Shown here: piece by piece, positions 1 through 9,681 of the stretch | Numbering within the stretch: position 1 is the first letter of the stretch | Layout of the letters: each line of letters opens with the position of its first letter | NCBI GenBank assembly: GCA_002366545.1 | Contig: DFBH01000074.1 | Coordinates: 1,033 to 65,032 of the forward strand | Direction: 5' to 3' | Origin: Candidatus Oleimmundimicrobium americanum | GTDB taxonomy: Bacteria > Actinomycetota > Aquicultoria > UBA3085 > Oleimmundimicrobiaceae | DNA: 64,000 nt | Translations under genes and position numbers: made by a program | The notes under the pieces: generated by a model | The model's database searches: none | What the model was told of the DNA's origin: nothing | The model's input: only the letters and a program-made list of their open reading frames with translations

Positions 1-1
1 T

Positions 2-454
2 TATCTCTGGATTTTTGGCAACAATATTGAGGATATTTTGGGACATGGAAGATTTTTTATCTTTTATCTTTTATGTGGATTAGGGGGAGCCGCAGGGCAC
101 ATACTTTCCAATCCAAATTCACACATTCCAAGTTTAGGCGCAAGCGGAGCTATTGCCGGAGCACTTGCCGCTTATCTAATTCTTTATCCCTTAGCCTCAA
201 TCGATGTCGCGGTCCCCATATTCATTTTCATTAAAATAATTAGGTTGCCCGCAATCATAGTCATTGGTTTCTGGTTTATCCTACAACTTGTAAGCAGCTA
301 CACGATAATTACATCACCAACCATACAGTCAAGTGGAGGAGTCGCTTGGTTTGCACATATAGGTGGGTTTATTACCGGCTTTCTTTTAATATTAATTTTT
401 CCTAAAAAACGCAAGCCCAAAAAAAGACGCAAAGCCAACAAGGGCTACTTCTAA
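2..454 (+). CDS. rhomboid family intramembrane serine protease, 5'-truncated at window edge
   Basis: The ORF is open to position 2 in the same frame. It carries the GASGAI active-site serine motif and a downstream AHIGGF histidine motif, with multiple hydrophobic TM segments. Confidence 0.55.
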   Translation, partial: YLWIFGNNIEDILGHGRFFIFYLLCGLGGAAGHILSNPNSHIPSLGASGAIAGALAAYLILYPLASIDVAVPIFIFIKIIRLPAIIVIGFWFILQLVSSYTIITSPTIQSSGGVAWFAHIGGFITGFLLILIFPKKRKPKKRRKANKGYF

Positions 455-591
455 CTTTCCATTATTTGAATCAAAACCTCTTTCTCGCCCGGCTCACCTA
501 TATCAAAAAGAACATCTGCCGCTACATGCCCAAGTAAGCTACCGCACCAGGTCAACCACTTGTTTGTAGCACCAATCACCCATATCTCTCC

Positions 592-1896
592 TTATTTGAC
601 TATAACAACAGGCACTCCGACTGAAACTCTGGGGTAAAGATCAATTACATCGCTTGGACGCATCCTTATGCACCCGTGCGAAGCGGCCCTACCTATCGAC
701 CAAACTTGAGGGGTGCCATGGATTCTTATGCCGGAAGCAGAAATATTTAAAGCCCTCGGCCCAAGAGGATTCCCCGGCCCCGGCGGTATAAATGGCGGCA
801 TATCTTCAGACCACGACTTGTTCGGATTATACCAGGTAGGCTTCATCCTTTTTGCAGTTATTTTGTAATTTCCAAGAGGCGTAGGATGTCTCGGAGACCC
901 TACCGCAACCCCGTAAATTTTTACCACCAATCCCCCTTTGTAAAGATATAACTGTCTCTCGGAAATATCTAAAATCAGCCGAGTGCTGTTAAGTTCAAAC
1001 GACCATTTTCTGCCGTCTTTATTCCCGGCAACGTCAACAATTTCCACCATTACTTCATGCTCACCATTAGCAAGGGGTGGTGGTTTACACTTAAGCATCA
1101 TGATTTTTGGGTCAAATTCATAATCCGTCTTTCCGCCATCAACCCAAACATTAATTGAAGAAATTTTATAATTTTCCTCCAAGTTAACCTGGATTATCGG
1201 AGCATGCTCTCTTACAACCGAATTCTCGTCCGGGAAAACACTCAATATTTTTGGAGGAGATGCATCAAAGATAACCGGAATTTTTTTGCTCCAAGCATTT
1301 CCGGCCTTATCAACTGTTTCTAAAACCAATTCATTTTCTTTCTCAGGCAACCTCCATATATCAAGCACAAAATTTCCGTTGGCATCAACCCCGCCAAACG
1401 GCAATTTTTCGCCATTTAAAAAAACAGCCATTTGAATATCGGGTTCGCTTTTACCTTTAAGATTAACTCTAGAGACCGGCGTAGCTACAACTCCATTAAA
1501 ATTATTGAAAGTTACTTCGGGGGCTATTGTATCAATAACAAAAGACCACTTCAATTTGATCTTTTTAGAAAATAAGCAGCGACACAAAAGATCAACCTCC
1601 GCAACGTGCTCTCCTTCAAACAACCTCTGAGAAGAAGAATAAATAAAACCATTTGGGTCTGTGCCCACAGATGGGATAACGTCCTGATCGTCTATTTCAA
1701 ACCTCACAAGTTCCAAGCTCGTGAAGGGAGCCAAAGTTTTTACAGAGATGGTCGGATTAAAATTGGAAATTACTTTCCCGTCCGAAGGACTAATGTGTAT
1801 AAAAGAACGCCCCAAGCCGTAAAGAAGCGCCCAAACCAAAACCGATAAAACAGTTATTCCGCCAAGCAAATATATTATTAACTTTTTTCTCTCCAT
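592..1896 (-). CDS. L,D-transpeptidase family protein (YkuD domain) with N-terminal signal anchor and Ig-like repeats
   Basis: The C-terminus has 'GIRIHGT...ASHGCIRM', the catalytic His/Cys signature of L,D-transpeptidases. The N-terminus has a hydrophobic TM segment. Confidence 0.7.
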   Translation of the reverse strand: MERKKLIIYLLGGITVLSVLVWALLYGLGRSFIHISPSDGKVISNFNPTISVKTLAPFTSLELVRFEIDDQDVIPSVGTDPNGFIYSSSQRLFEGEHVAEVDLLCRCLFSKKIKLKWSFVIDTIAPEVTFNNFNGVVATPVSRVNLKGKSEPDIQMAVFLNGEKLPFGGVDANGNFVLDIWRLPEKENELVLETVDKAGNAWSKKIPVIFDASPPKILSVFPDENSVVREHAPIIQVNLEENYKISSINVWVDGGKTDYEFDPKIMMLKCKPPPLANGEHEVMVEIVDVAGNKDGRKWSFELNSTRLILDISERQLYLYKGGLVVKIYGVAVGSPRHPTPLGNYKITAKRMKPTWYNPNKSWSEDMPPFIPPGPGNPLGPRALNISASGIRIHGTPQVWSIGRAASHGCIRMRPSDVIDLYPRVSVGVPVVIVK

Positions 1897-2064
1897 AATA
1901 CCTCTGCATAATTAAGATTTTAAAACATTATACCCTTTAATAACCACTTGAAAAGCTTTTATCTTCATTTAAGATTATCGTTCTATTCTGAGAGAAGGAT
2001 TGTTGACCTCAGATGTCGAAATCACAAATTTATATGCATAAATAATTCGGAGGGGGATAACTTT

Positions 2065-4146
2065 ATGGGTATTGAAAAAACAACAACGAGGAAAATTAGG
2101 AATGTCGGTATAACCGCACACGGTGGAACAGGAAAAACTTCCCTCAGTGAGGGAATGCTGTTCAATTCCAAAAACATAAGCCGTTTAGGCAAAGTGGATG
2201 ATGGCTCTACTGTATCCGATTACGACCCCGAGGAAATTAAAAGAAAGATATCAATAAATGCAGCCTTGACGCCGGTGGAATGGGAAGAAAACAAAATTAA
2301 CTTAATTGACACCCCCGGTTATGCTGATTTTATCAGCGAGGTAAAAGCATCTTTACAAATATCCGACGGAGCAATTATTTTAGTAGATGCACTTATGGGT
2401 GTCGAAACCCAAACCGAAATAGTCTGGAAAATGGCTAATGAAAGAAATCTGCCAAGATTGATATTCGTCAACAAAATGGATAAGGAAGATGCCAATTTTG
2501 AGAAAGACCTGGAAAGTTTGAAAAGCACATTAGACAACTCGGTAACAGCCGTTCAGCTTCCGCTTGGCACAGACAAAGAATTTAAAGGCGTAATTGACTT
2601 GGTTAAAATGAGAGCATTAACCTTCAATAACGGGAAAATAATCGAAGAAGCCATTCCCGAAGAACTTCAACCAACTGTAGAAAAATATCTAAAAATCCTT
2701 ACCGAGGCAATTGCGGAAACAGACGATGACCTCTTAACCAAATATTTAGAAGAGGAACCCTTAACGCCTGAGGAAATCATTTCGGGCTTAAAAAAAGCTG
2801 TAAAGAAGGGTAAAATTATTCCCGTTTTTTGCGGTTCCGCTCTTAAAAATATAGGCATACAACCTCTGCTCGACGCAGTAATTGATTATCTTCCGTCCCC
2901 CGATGAAATGCCTGAAGTAAAGGGCAAAAATCCAAAAACCAATGAAGAAGAAGTGCGAAAACCCATTGAGGATGAACCGTTTTGCGCTCTGGTATTTAAG
3001 ACAATATCAGACCCTTATATCGGCAAACTTAATTTTGTCAGGGTCTACTCGGGGACACTAAAAACCGATAGTCATATATATAACGCAACCAATAAAAACA
3101 AAGAAAAGGTTGGTCACTTATTCCAAATGCAGGGGAAAGAACAAAAAGAAATAAAAGAAGCGGGAGCAGGAGATATCGTAGCCATCCCCAAACTTTCCCA
3201 CACCCATACAGGAGATACTCTTTGCGATGAATCAAGGCCGATTGTTTTAAAGAAAATCGATTTTCCTGAGCCTATTTTCTCAATCGCAATAGATACAAAA
3301 AGAAAAGAGGATGAAGAAAAACTCGCCACTTCACTAACAAAACTAGCGGAGGAAGACCCAACGTTTACGATAAGAAGAGATCACGATGTTGGCCAGACAA
3401 TTATCTCTGGCATGGGGAATGTTCATTTAGAAGTAAAAATAAACAAACTTAAGCAAAAGTTCGGCGTGGAAACAATAAAAGAGGAGCTAAAAATAGCGTA
3501 TAAAGAGACGATTCGTAAAACATCAAAGGTACAAGGAAAATACAAAAAACAGTCGGGCGGTCACGGTCAATATGGAGATGTATGGATAGAGTTTCGACCT
3601 CTTCCCCATAGAGGAGGATTTGAATTCGAAGATAAAATCTTCGGTGGTTCAGTTCCCAGACAATACATTCCCGCCGTCGAAAAGGGGCTTAAAGAAGCCC
3701 TTAATGAAGGCATACTGGCCGGTTATCCGGTTGTCGACATAAAAACAATACTTTACGATGGCTCATACCACCCGGTTGACTCATCCGAAATGGCCTTTAA
3801 AATAGCAGCCTCGATGGCCTTTAAGAAGGGCTTGCTTGAAGCCAATCCGGTAATTTTAGAACCCATTTTAAACGTCGAGGTCATCGTGCCTGAAAGTGAT
3901 ATGGGAACTATCATGGGAGATTTAAACAGCAAGCGAGGAAAGATTCTTGGCATGGAGCCCATCGGAAACGGCTACGAAAGTGTAAGAGCCCAGGTTCCGG
4001 AAGCAGAAATGAAAAGATACGCGGCCGAGCTTCGCTCGATGGCCCATGGACGCGCCACTTTCTCCGTTAAATTCGCCAACTACGAAGAGGCCCCTCATGA
4101 CATACAGGAAAAAATAATTGCAGAGGCAAGGGCGGAAAAGAAGTAG
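2065..4146 (+). CDS. elongation factor G family GTPase (EF-G paralogue)
   Basis: 'GITAHGGTGKTSLSE' G1 motif, DTPG and NKMD G-motifs, and an EF-G domain IV/V-like C-terminus. GGAGGGGG lies 7 nt upstream of the ATG at 2065, so the ORF-track start at 1948 is probably too long. Confidence 0.8.
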   Translation: MGIEKTTTRKIRNVGITAHGGTGKTSLSEGMLFNSKNISRLGKVDDGSTVSDYDPEEIKRKISINAALTPVEWEENKINLIDTPGYADFISEVKASLQISDGAIILVDALMGVETQTEIVWKMANERNLPRLIFVNKMDKEDANFEKDLESLKSTLDNSVTAVQLPLGTDKEFKGVIDLVKMRALTFNNGKIIEEAIPEELQPTVEKYLKILTEAIAETDDDLLTKYLEEEPLTPEEIISGLKKAVKKGKIIPVFCGSALKNIGIQPLLDAVIDYLPSPDEMPEVKGKNPKTNEEEVRKPIEDEPFCALVFKTISDPYIGKLNFVRVYSGTLKTDSHIYNATNKNKEKVGHLFQMQGKEQKEIKEAGAGDIVAIPKLSHTHTGDTLCDESRPIVLKKIDFPEPIFSIAIDTKRKEDEEKLATSLTKLAEEDPTFTIRRDHDVGQTIISGMGNVHLEVKINKLKQKFGVETIKEELKIAYKETIRKTSKVQGKYKKQSGGHGQYGDVWIEFRPLPHRGGFEFEDKIFGGSVPRQYIPAVEKGLKEALNEGILAGYPVVDIKTILYDGSYHPVDSSEMAFKIAASMAFKKGLLEANPVILEPILNVEVIVPESDMGTIMGDLNSKRGKILGMEPIGNGYESVRAQVPEAEMKRYAAELRSMAHGRATFSVKFANYEEAPHDIQEKIIAEARAEKK

Positions 4147-4289
4147 GTAGTTGCCAGGAAAATAAAAGTAAAAGCTTTCATTGATTTTGGTTTTTTAAAT
4201 CCCGGGTGGGTTGTTCAAAAGCGACGTATGAGAACACTGTTTTGCTTGACCACTGCTCTTTTTAAGAGTATTTTTCTTGGTTTTTTACA

Positions 4290-4470
4290 CCTCGTGGCTC
4301 TCGCTTAGAGCGACTCTGAGCACGCCGTCAAACGAGTGAAACTCGAGTAGCAGCGGCAAATCGCGTGCCCGAAGGGTAAATAGCGATTCCGCTCTGCGAG
4401 AGTGAGCGAGTAGGCGCGCGCAAGCAGAGTCTCTGGTGAGAGCCACAAAAAAAGAAGTTCTTGGGCACGC
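4290..4470. ncRNA. candidate structured ncRNA of unknown family (GC-rich island between convergent genes)
   Basis: GC content is locally elevated in an AT-rich genome. There is nested long-range complementarity: GTGGCTCTC...GAGAGCCAC and GACTCT...AGAGTC. Internal GNRA-type hairpins are present: CGAGT-GAAA-CTCG and GCCC-GAA-GGG. The only ORFs are short overlapping ones on the opposite strand. Confidence 0.25.
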
Positions 4471-4582
4471 AAGAAAATGAAGGAGAATAAAGTTTCGCAC
4501 TGTGAGAGTCGAATGAATAGGGAAGCAAACCAGAGCCTAAGGGTAATCCACAAAAAGAAATGAGAATGGATTTTACTTAAAG

Positions 4583-4615
4583 GAGCTTAAAAACTCTTCT
4601 CGAGTTTTAAGCTCC
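4583..4615. terminator. hairpin overlapping the stop of the lysE-like gene (weak terminator candidate)
   Basis: GGAGCTTAAAAACTC / GAGTTTTAAGCTCC form a roughly 14-bp stem. No clean U-tract follows on either strand. Confidence 0.3.
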
Positions 4616-5248
4616 CAGAAAAAACCTCAATCCGGAAAAAACAAAATAAGCCGCAAGCAAGATGAGGAAAATGCCGCAGGCAAAAATCGTACCTCTGTAA
4701 ACCTTCTCGCCAAAAAATCTCTTCCCCGTTACAACCATGAGTGATACCGCACTATACCAGATTAAATCGGCGAGAATGTGAGCAGTAAAGAAAAAGATGA
4801 GGCCCAAAACACCGAACTTTAAAGCCGCCAGAACATAGGCAACCCCAATCGTGGCCCACCAGATGGTCCAATACGGATTTGAGAGACTAACAAAGATTCC
4901 CGCCGCAACCGGCCCTATTTTAGTCTTTGAAAAGGAACTTATTTCAAAAGACATGGTTTTTTTGATGGCTCCTCTTAGCATATCCGAACCCATCCACAAC
5001 AAAAAAAGTCCACCCAAAAAGCCAATTATGCCGACAAACGTGTGATTTGTAAAAATTCCTTTGAAGCCAAGAACTAAGGCTACAACCAAGGCAAGCTCTA
5101 ATATCGCATGCCCAAGAATAATGAGTGGCCCCGCCCAAAACCCCCTCTGGTGGGACTCGCTTATGGTAACCGTAAGAAGCGGACCGGGAATCATTGCTCC
5201 GGAAAAAGCAACCATTAATGATGTAATAAAAATTCCTAACAATTCCAT
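4607..5248 (-). CDS. LysE/RhtB family amino-acid exporter
   Basis: N-terminal 'PGPLLTVTISESHQRGFWAGPLIILGHAILE' matches the LysE translocator signature. The protein is about 210 aa with 6 TM segments. Confidence 0.6.
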   Translation of the reverse strand: MELLGIFITSLMVAFSGAMIPGPLLTVTISESHQRGFWAGPLIILGHAILELALVVALVLGFKGIFTNHTFVGIIGFLGGLFLLWMGSDMLRGAIKKTMSFEISSFSKTKIGPVAAGIFVSLSNPYWTIWWATIGVAYVLAALKFGVLGLIFFFTAHILADLIWYSAVSLMVVTGKRFFGEKVYRGTIFACGIFLILLAAYFVFSGLRFFLGA

Positions 5249-5496
5249 TTCAAATCACATCCACATTATATCTAATTAAAAAAATTCTTTTGCGAGTATT
5301 TGGGTCGCAATGAATCCCGAGACATCGAACGAAAGTGAGAAAAAATCTCGACAACAACATTTTGGATACCATCATCGTTTGTATTTTTTATTAAAATTTT
5401 GCTCATCTCTTGCCCACTCGAAAAATAAATGTAATAATTCGTTGTTCAAAACAAACATCTAATCTAAAATTATAATGTTTGTAAATTTAAATAAGG

Positions 5497-6831
5497 ATGA
5501 ATGCATTGATTAAAATTAAACCATTTAAAGGCATTACTTACAATATTAATAAGGTTAATCTGAGCAATGTTACAACCCCTCCCTATGACATAATTTCTCC
5601 TGAAGAAAAAGAGAATTTCTACAAAAAAAGCGAGTACAGCATAATTCGTCTTGTCCTTGGTAAAAACGAGCTGAGTGACAATAAATTGAATAATAAGTAT
5701 AGTCGCGCCGCCAACTACTTAAAAAATTGGTTAGACCGAGAGATTCTAATCCCTTCAAAAAAACCCGGAATCTACATTTACGAACAAGGGTATGAACTAA
5801 AAGGTAAGAAAAAGAAGCGCATCGGCTTCATAGCCCTCCTAAAACTCGAGGATTTTGAAAGCGGTAAAGTTTTACCCCACGAAAAAACTTTTCCCAAAGC
5901 CAAAATCGACCGCTTTAATTTATTAAGTGCGTGCAAAACTAATTTTAGTCAGGTCTTCTCGTTGTATTCTGACCCGGAAGGAAAGATAGACAGCATCTTA
6001 AGAAAATTTTCCAGTGATGAATCAACTCTTAAAGTAACCGACAGCGACAAAGTAAGCCACACCTTACACCCCATCACAGATAAAGAAACCAGCGAGGAAA
6101 TTGCAAACCTTATGAAAGATAAGACCATATTTATAGCTGACGGTCACCACCGCTACGAAACCGCCCTGAATTATCGAAACGAGATGAGGCAAAAAATTGA
6201 AAGCTTTACCGGAGAAGAAGGATTCAATTACGTGATGATGATGTTTGTAAATATGGACGATGAGGGTTTATCTGTTCTGCCGGTTCATCGAGTGATAAAA
6301 AACATCCCATCGCCAAATGAAGATGAAATTTTAAAAAAAGCTTCCAACCTCTTTAAAATCAAATCCTTTGAATTTGATAAAGACAGTAAGGAAGAGGTAA
6401 AGAACACTTTAAATAAAAAACTATCCGCGGAATTCGGCAAATCTCATACCTTTGGAATGTATCTTGGCACAAACAAATACCATCTGCTCACTTTGAAAGA
6501 CGAAGATGTAATGAATGAAATGGTTTTAACCGAGCATTCTTCCAACTGGAAAAAATTAGACATAACCATACTTCACGCTTTACTCATCGACAAGATCCTC
6601 GACGTAAAAAGCAAGAACTTAATTAAACATGGGTCAATAAAATTTACACCTGACGAAAATGTAGCTCTTGGTCTTGTCGATAAAAAAGACTATCAAATTG
6701 CATTATTAGTCAATCAAACCAAGGTCGAAGAGGTGAAGGCCATTGCAAGCAACCGCGAGAAAATGCCACAAAAATCAACTTACTTCTATCCTAAATTGCT
6801 TACGGGCATGGTTATAAACAAGCATGACTAA
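5497..6831 (+). CDS. DUF1015 family protein
   Basis: N-terminal 'PF...TPPYDIISPEE' and overall size and composition are typical of DUF1015. Confidence 0.55.
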   Translation: MNALIKIKPFKGITYNINKVNLSNVTTPPYDIISPEEKENFYKKSEYSIIRLVLGKNELSDNKLNNKYSRAANYLKNWLDREILIPSKKPGIYIYEQGYELKGKKKKRIGFIALLKLEDFESGKVLPHEKTFPKAKIDRFNLLSACKTNFSQVFSLYSDPEGKIDSILRKFSSDESTLKVTDSDKVSHTLHPITDKETSEEIANLMKDKTIFIADGHHRYETALNYRNEMRQKIESFTGEEGFNYVMMMFVNMDDEGLSVLPVHRVIKNIPSPNEDEILKKASNLFKIKSFEFDKDSKEEVKNTLNKKLSAEFGKSHTFGMYLGTNKYHLLTLKDEDVMNEMVLTEHSSNWKKLDITILHALLIDKILDVKSKNLIKHGSIKFTPDENVALGLVDKKDYQIALLVNQTKVEEVKAIASNREKMPQKSTYFYPKLLTGMVINKHD

Positions 6832-7084
6832 CAAAGTGCAGAGTATAGAATATGGAGTATGGATTATAGAAAAAACCAATAAACTACCGCTTGCCCGCAG
6901 GCGCGGTAATTAAAAATTAAGAAAGCTTTTATTCAGAGGATAATTCTTTGAATTGAAAGCAACTTAGAATTTTATCTTTTAGGGTTTGGTTTTAAATTTT
7001 AAATTTTAAATTTTTCTATATAGTTTTTCTTTTTTATATCTTAGTTCTTCATTTTGACTTACTACCGACTGTAAGGAGGATATT

Positions 7085-7276
7085 ATGGAGTGCACATTTG
7101 AAGAAAATAAAAAAAGTTGCCCTTGCACATACGAGCCCTGCAGCAGAAAGGGTAAGTGCTGCGAGTGCGTGGCTTATCATAGAAATAGAGGAGAGCTTCC
7201 CGGTTGCTTTTTCCCACCCGAGATTGAGTGCATCTATGATAGATCGATAGAGAGATTTGTTTCGCTCTATAAGTAA
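7085..7276 (+). CDS. small cysteine-rich protein (8 Cys in 63 aa), function unknown
   Basis: Strong SD: AAGGAGG 7 nt upstream of the ATG. Cys pattern is CxC-x4-C-x6-CCxC...C...C. Confidence 0.5.
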   Translation: MECTFEENKKSCPCTYEPCSRKGKCCECVAYHRNRGELPGCFFPPEIECIYDRSIERFVSLYK

Positions 7277-7365
7277 ACTGGCTGATAGCTTATAGCATAT
7301 GGCTGATGCCTGCCCGCCTCTGGCGGGGCTTATGACGTATGACAAATGGCTGGTAGTTAAGAATG

Positions 7366-7460
7366 AAGGGTAACGGGTAGAAAGGAAAGAGAGCTGGCGA
7401 CATAATAACATAGCGGCTTAGAAACCAAGTAGCCACGTAGCCAAGAAACTAAGGAATCAA
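7366..7460 (+). repeat. dispersed ~100-nt intergenic repeat element, copy 1 (sense relative to the upstream gene)
   Basis: GGGTAACGGGTAGAAAGGAAAGAGAGCTGGCGACATAATAACATAGCGGCTTAGAAACCAAGTAGCCACGTAGCCAAGAAACTAAGGAATC. Near-identical copies lie at 28764-28863, 53721-53813 and 61291-61395 on the opposite strand. Confidence 0.7.
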
Positions 7461-7687
7461 AGTAGAGACATGGTTAAAAATTGGGAGCACGGAGCTTGGA
7501 GTATGAAAAAACAAATCAACCAACTAGCGAACTACCGACTGGCAGACAGGTACAATAGACACGGAAATTTAAAATGTCTTTAAGAATTTTAAACTTTTTC
7601 ATTTTTATATATCGTTTTTAACTTTTATTTTTTAATTTTTAATTCGAACTTGCTCCCGACTGTCAACTAACAAACTACCGACTAATA

Positions 7688-9589
7688 TTAGCCGGCACCT
7701 CCGCCGCTACCACCGCCACCTCCACCACCGCCGGAGAACCCGCCTCCGCCGCCACTTGCTGAGCTCATGGTGCTTGAGGCAACAGCCGAAACCGAGGCAA
7801 AGCTGTTGCTGAGCGACTCCAAACCGCTCAATCCCCCAACACCGCGACTTGATTCAAACCAAGCAGGTCCGGCGTATGTTGCCGCGACCCCCTCGCCCAT
7901 CGTGGGGATAACGATTTTTAACTGTTCGATTGCCTCTTTTGCCACACCCAAACCAACGGCGTAAACAAGATAGTGCTCCCAAATTACCATGGAGCTCGGA
8001 AGCGCCTCTTTTATCTGCGAGAAATGTAATAGAAATTTCCGGAAAGCGGCCCACTGACGAAATTGTAATGCAGCTTTATATGAACGTCTTCTCAGCAGAA
8101 ACGAAAGGGTGGCTTGCAAAACACCAGAGATAATCGCTATAAAGCCCCACAGAATCTCCCATTTCACTAAGATTAATATGCCAAACACAATTACCGTCAC
8201 CGAAACAAAAACATTTAATCCAATTGTAGACCCCTTCCTCTCCAAAAACTTCTGTTTTTTAGCATCTGAAACAACCTCCTTTTTCCAGCTGTTAAATGAA
8301 CTTTGAAAAGAAGAGGGGTGTTTTTTTGCATACTCTTTAATCTCTTCCATGCCAACCTTTTGCCCATCTCCTATCTTATTAAAAAGGAGACTTAAAAGAG
8401 TTTTCTCAAATTTTTTCAAGCCCTCCGGAGACTTATCCATCTTCTCAATCGTATAATCATAATCTTCTTTCTTTCTAAAAAGCCCTTTTCTTATAACCAT
8501 CTCTTCCTTTATTTTCATATAACCGCGTCTGGCTAAATCCATCATGGTTGAAACCATATCCTCTGTATTTACGCTTCCAAAGTGCCATAAATAACCCATT
8601 ACCGCGGGAGGATAGTCCGCCGGTAACTCGCGATAGTATTCTCCCTCGAAATTAGTCTCGTACTCTTTACCGTACATGAGCCACATAAACAAAAAGAAGA
8701 TGAGACCCACGAGCGCAACTATAATGGAGGCCACCATACCCATTTGACTTAACTTCTCTCTCCTTTGCAGTTCCCCCTTCGCTTTTTCCCTCGCCTCGTT
8801 CGCTTCTTTTGCCCACTTCGCCTCTTCTACCAAAGCATCTTCGAGTATCGGCTCATCAAAATCAATTTCCCCTTGGGGAATCAGTAGGGTAGGAAAAAGT
8901 ATTCGGCCCTCCACAAAAGTTTCGGGCGGTAAGTTTGCAACCTCATACTTAACCGTCTGACTATCTAAAATGGTCACTTCACCGTACAAGGGACCGTGTC
9001 CCCAAGCCCTAATCTCCTCTTTGGATACCCCTTCGGGCAGGTTCACCGTTGCCGCAAAGTTACCAATTCCCTTCTCCCAGCCGGTCCCTATAAACTCCCA
9101 GTAAAACTGGGCCAAATCGGAATAAACGTCGATACCGTTACCAACCCTGTACTTTATTGTAAAAGTCCTCTGCTCATCGCTTGCGGAAAAGAACCATTTG
9201 GCCGAAATTCCCTCGCCGCTTCTCATAATTTGAGCCGTCCCCGGCTCCGAGGAAGCAGACTCCTCATAAATAACATCTCCCTCCGAAACCAGAAAACTCG
9301 TAACATCGTAAAACTTCTCCCTCTCTTTATTATAGAAAGGTAGGTTATATGCGGCCCAACTAAAATCGCCGTCAAAGTCGAAAATTCTGTTCTCAACAAC
9401 ATCGAAAGAACCGTCCGGATTTACCGTCACATCAATATTAACGCTCGGAAAATAATAATCCTTGGCCGAAGCTCCAATCGGAAGGATAAATATAAAGATA
9501 AGAATAGAAATTAAAAAATAAATCCTTCTTCCAAAAAACCTTGAAGATACTGACACAAAAATCACCTCATTAACTTCTTCTACATCCAT
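7688..9589 (-). CDS. DUF2207-like membrane protein with Gly-rich C-terminal tail
   Basis: N-terminal signal/TM segment, an extracytoplasmic domain, central TM helices, and a 'SGGGGGFSGGGGGGGGSGGG' tail typical of DUF2207 proteins. Confidence 0.5.
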   Translation of the reverse strand: MDVEEVNEVIFVSVSSRFFGRRIYFLISILIFIFILPIGASAKDYYFPSVNIDVTVNPDGSFDVVENRIFDFDGDFSWAAYNLPFYNKEREKFYDVTSFLVSEGDVIYEESASSEPGTAQIMRSGEGISAKWFFSASDEQRTFTIKYRVGNGIDVYSDLAQFYWEFIGTGWEKGIGNFAATVNLPEGVSKEEIRAWGHGPLYGEVTILDSQTVKYEVANLPPETFVEGRILFPTLLIPQGEIDFDEPILEDALVEEAKWAKEANEAREKAKGELQRREKLSQMGMVASIIVALVGLIFFLFMWLMYGKEYETNFEGEYYRELPADYPPAVMGYLWHFGSVNTEDMVSTMMDLARRGYMKIKEEMVIRKGLFRKKEDYDYTIEKMDKSPEGLKKFEKTLLSLLFNKIGDGQKVGMEEIKEYAKKHPSSFQSSFNSWKKEVVSDAKKQKFLERKGSTIGLNVFVSVTVIVFGILILVKWEILWGFIAIISGVLQATLSFLLRRRSYKAALQFRQWAAFRKFLLHFSQIKEALPSSMVIWEHYLVYAVGLGVAKEAIEQLKIVIPTMGEGVAATYAGPAWFESSRGVGGLSGLESLSNSFASVSAVASSTMSSASGGGGGFSGGGGGGGGSGGGAG

Positions 9590-9681
9590 CCAATTTTCCC
9601 TACAATTTCGCTGTTCTAAACAAAGGAGGACTTTTTATCCCCTTTATTGAATCCATTTGACAGTTATTTCATTTTAAAGGA

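Noticed and set aside
4285-4553. Three overlapping minus-strand ORFs (66-82 aa) in the GC-rich island
   Set aside because: They overlap each other in different frames, have no RBS, and have low-complexity Arg/Leu/Ser-rich translations typical of GC-rich non-coding sequence. The region is interpreted as a candidate ncRNA instead.
7277-7690. MITE/IS remnant with terminal inverted repeats
   Set aside because: No terminal inverted repeats, target-site duplication or transposase remnant could be found. The shared element is orientation-locked to transcription, which is atypical for MITEs.
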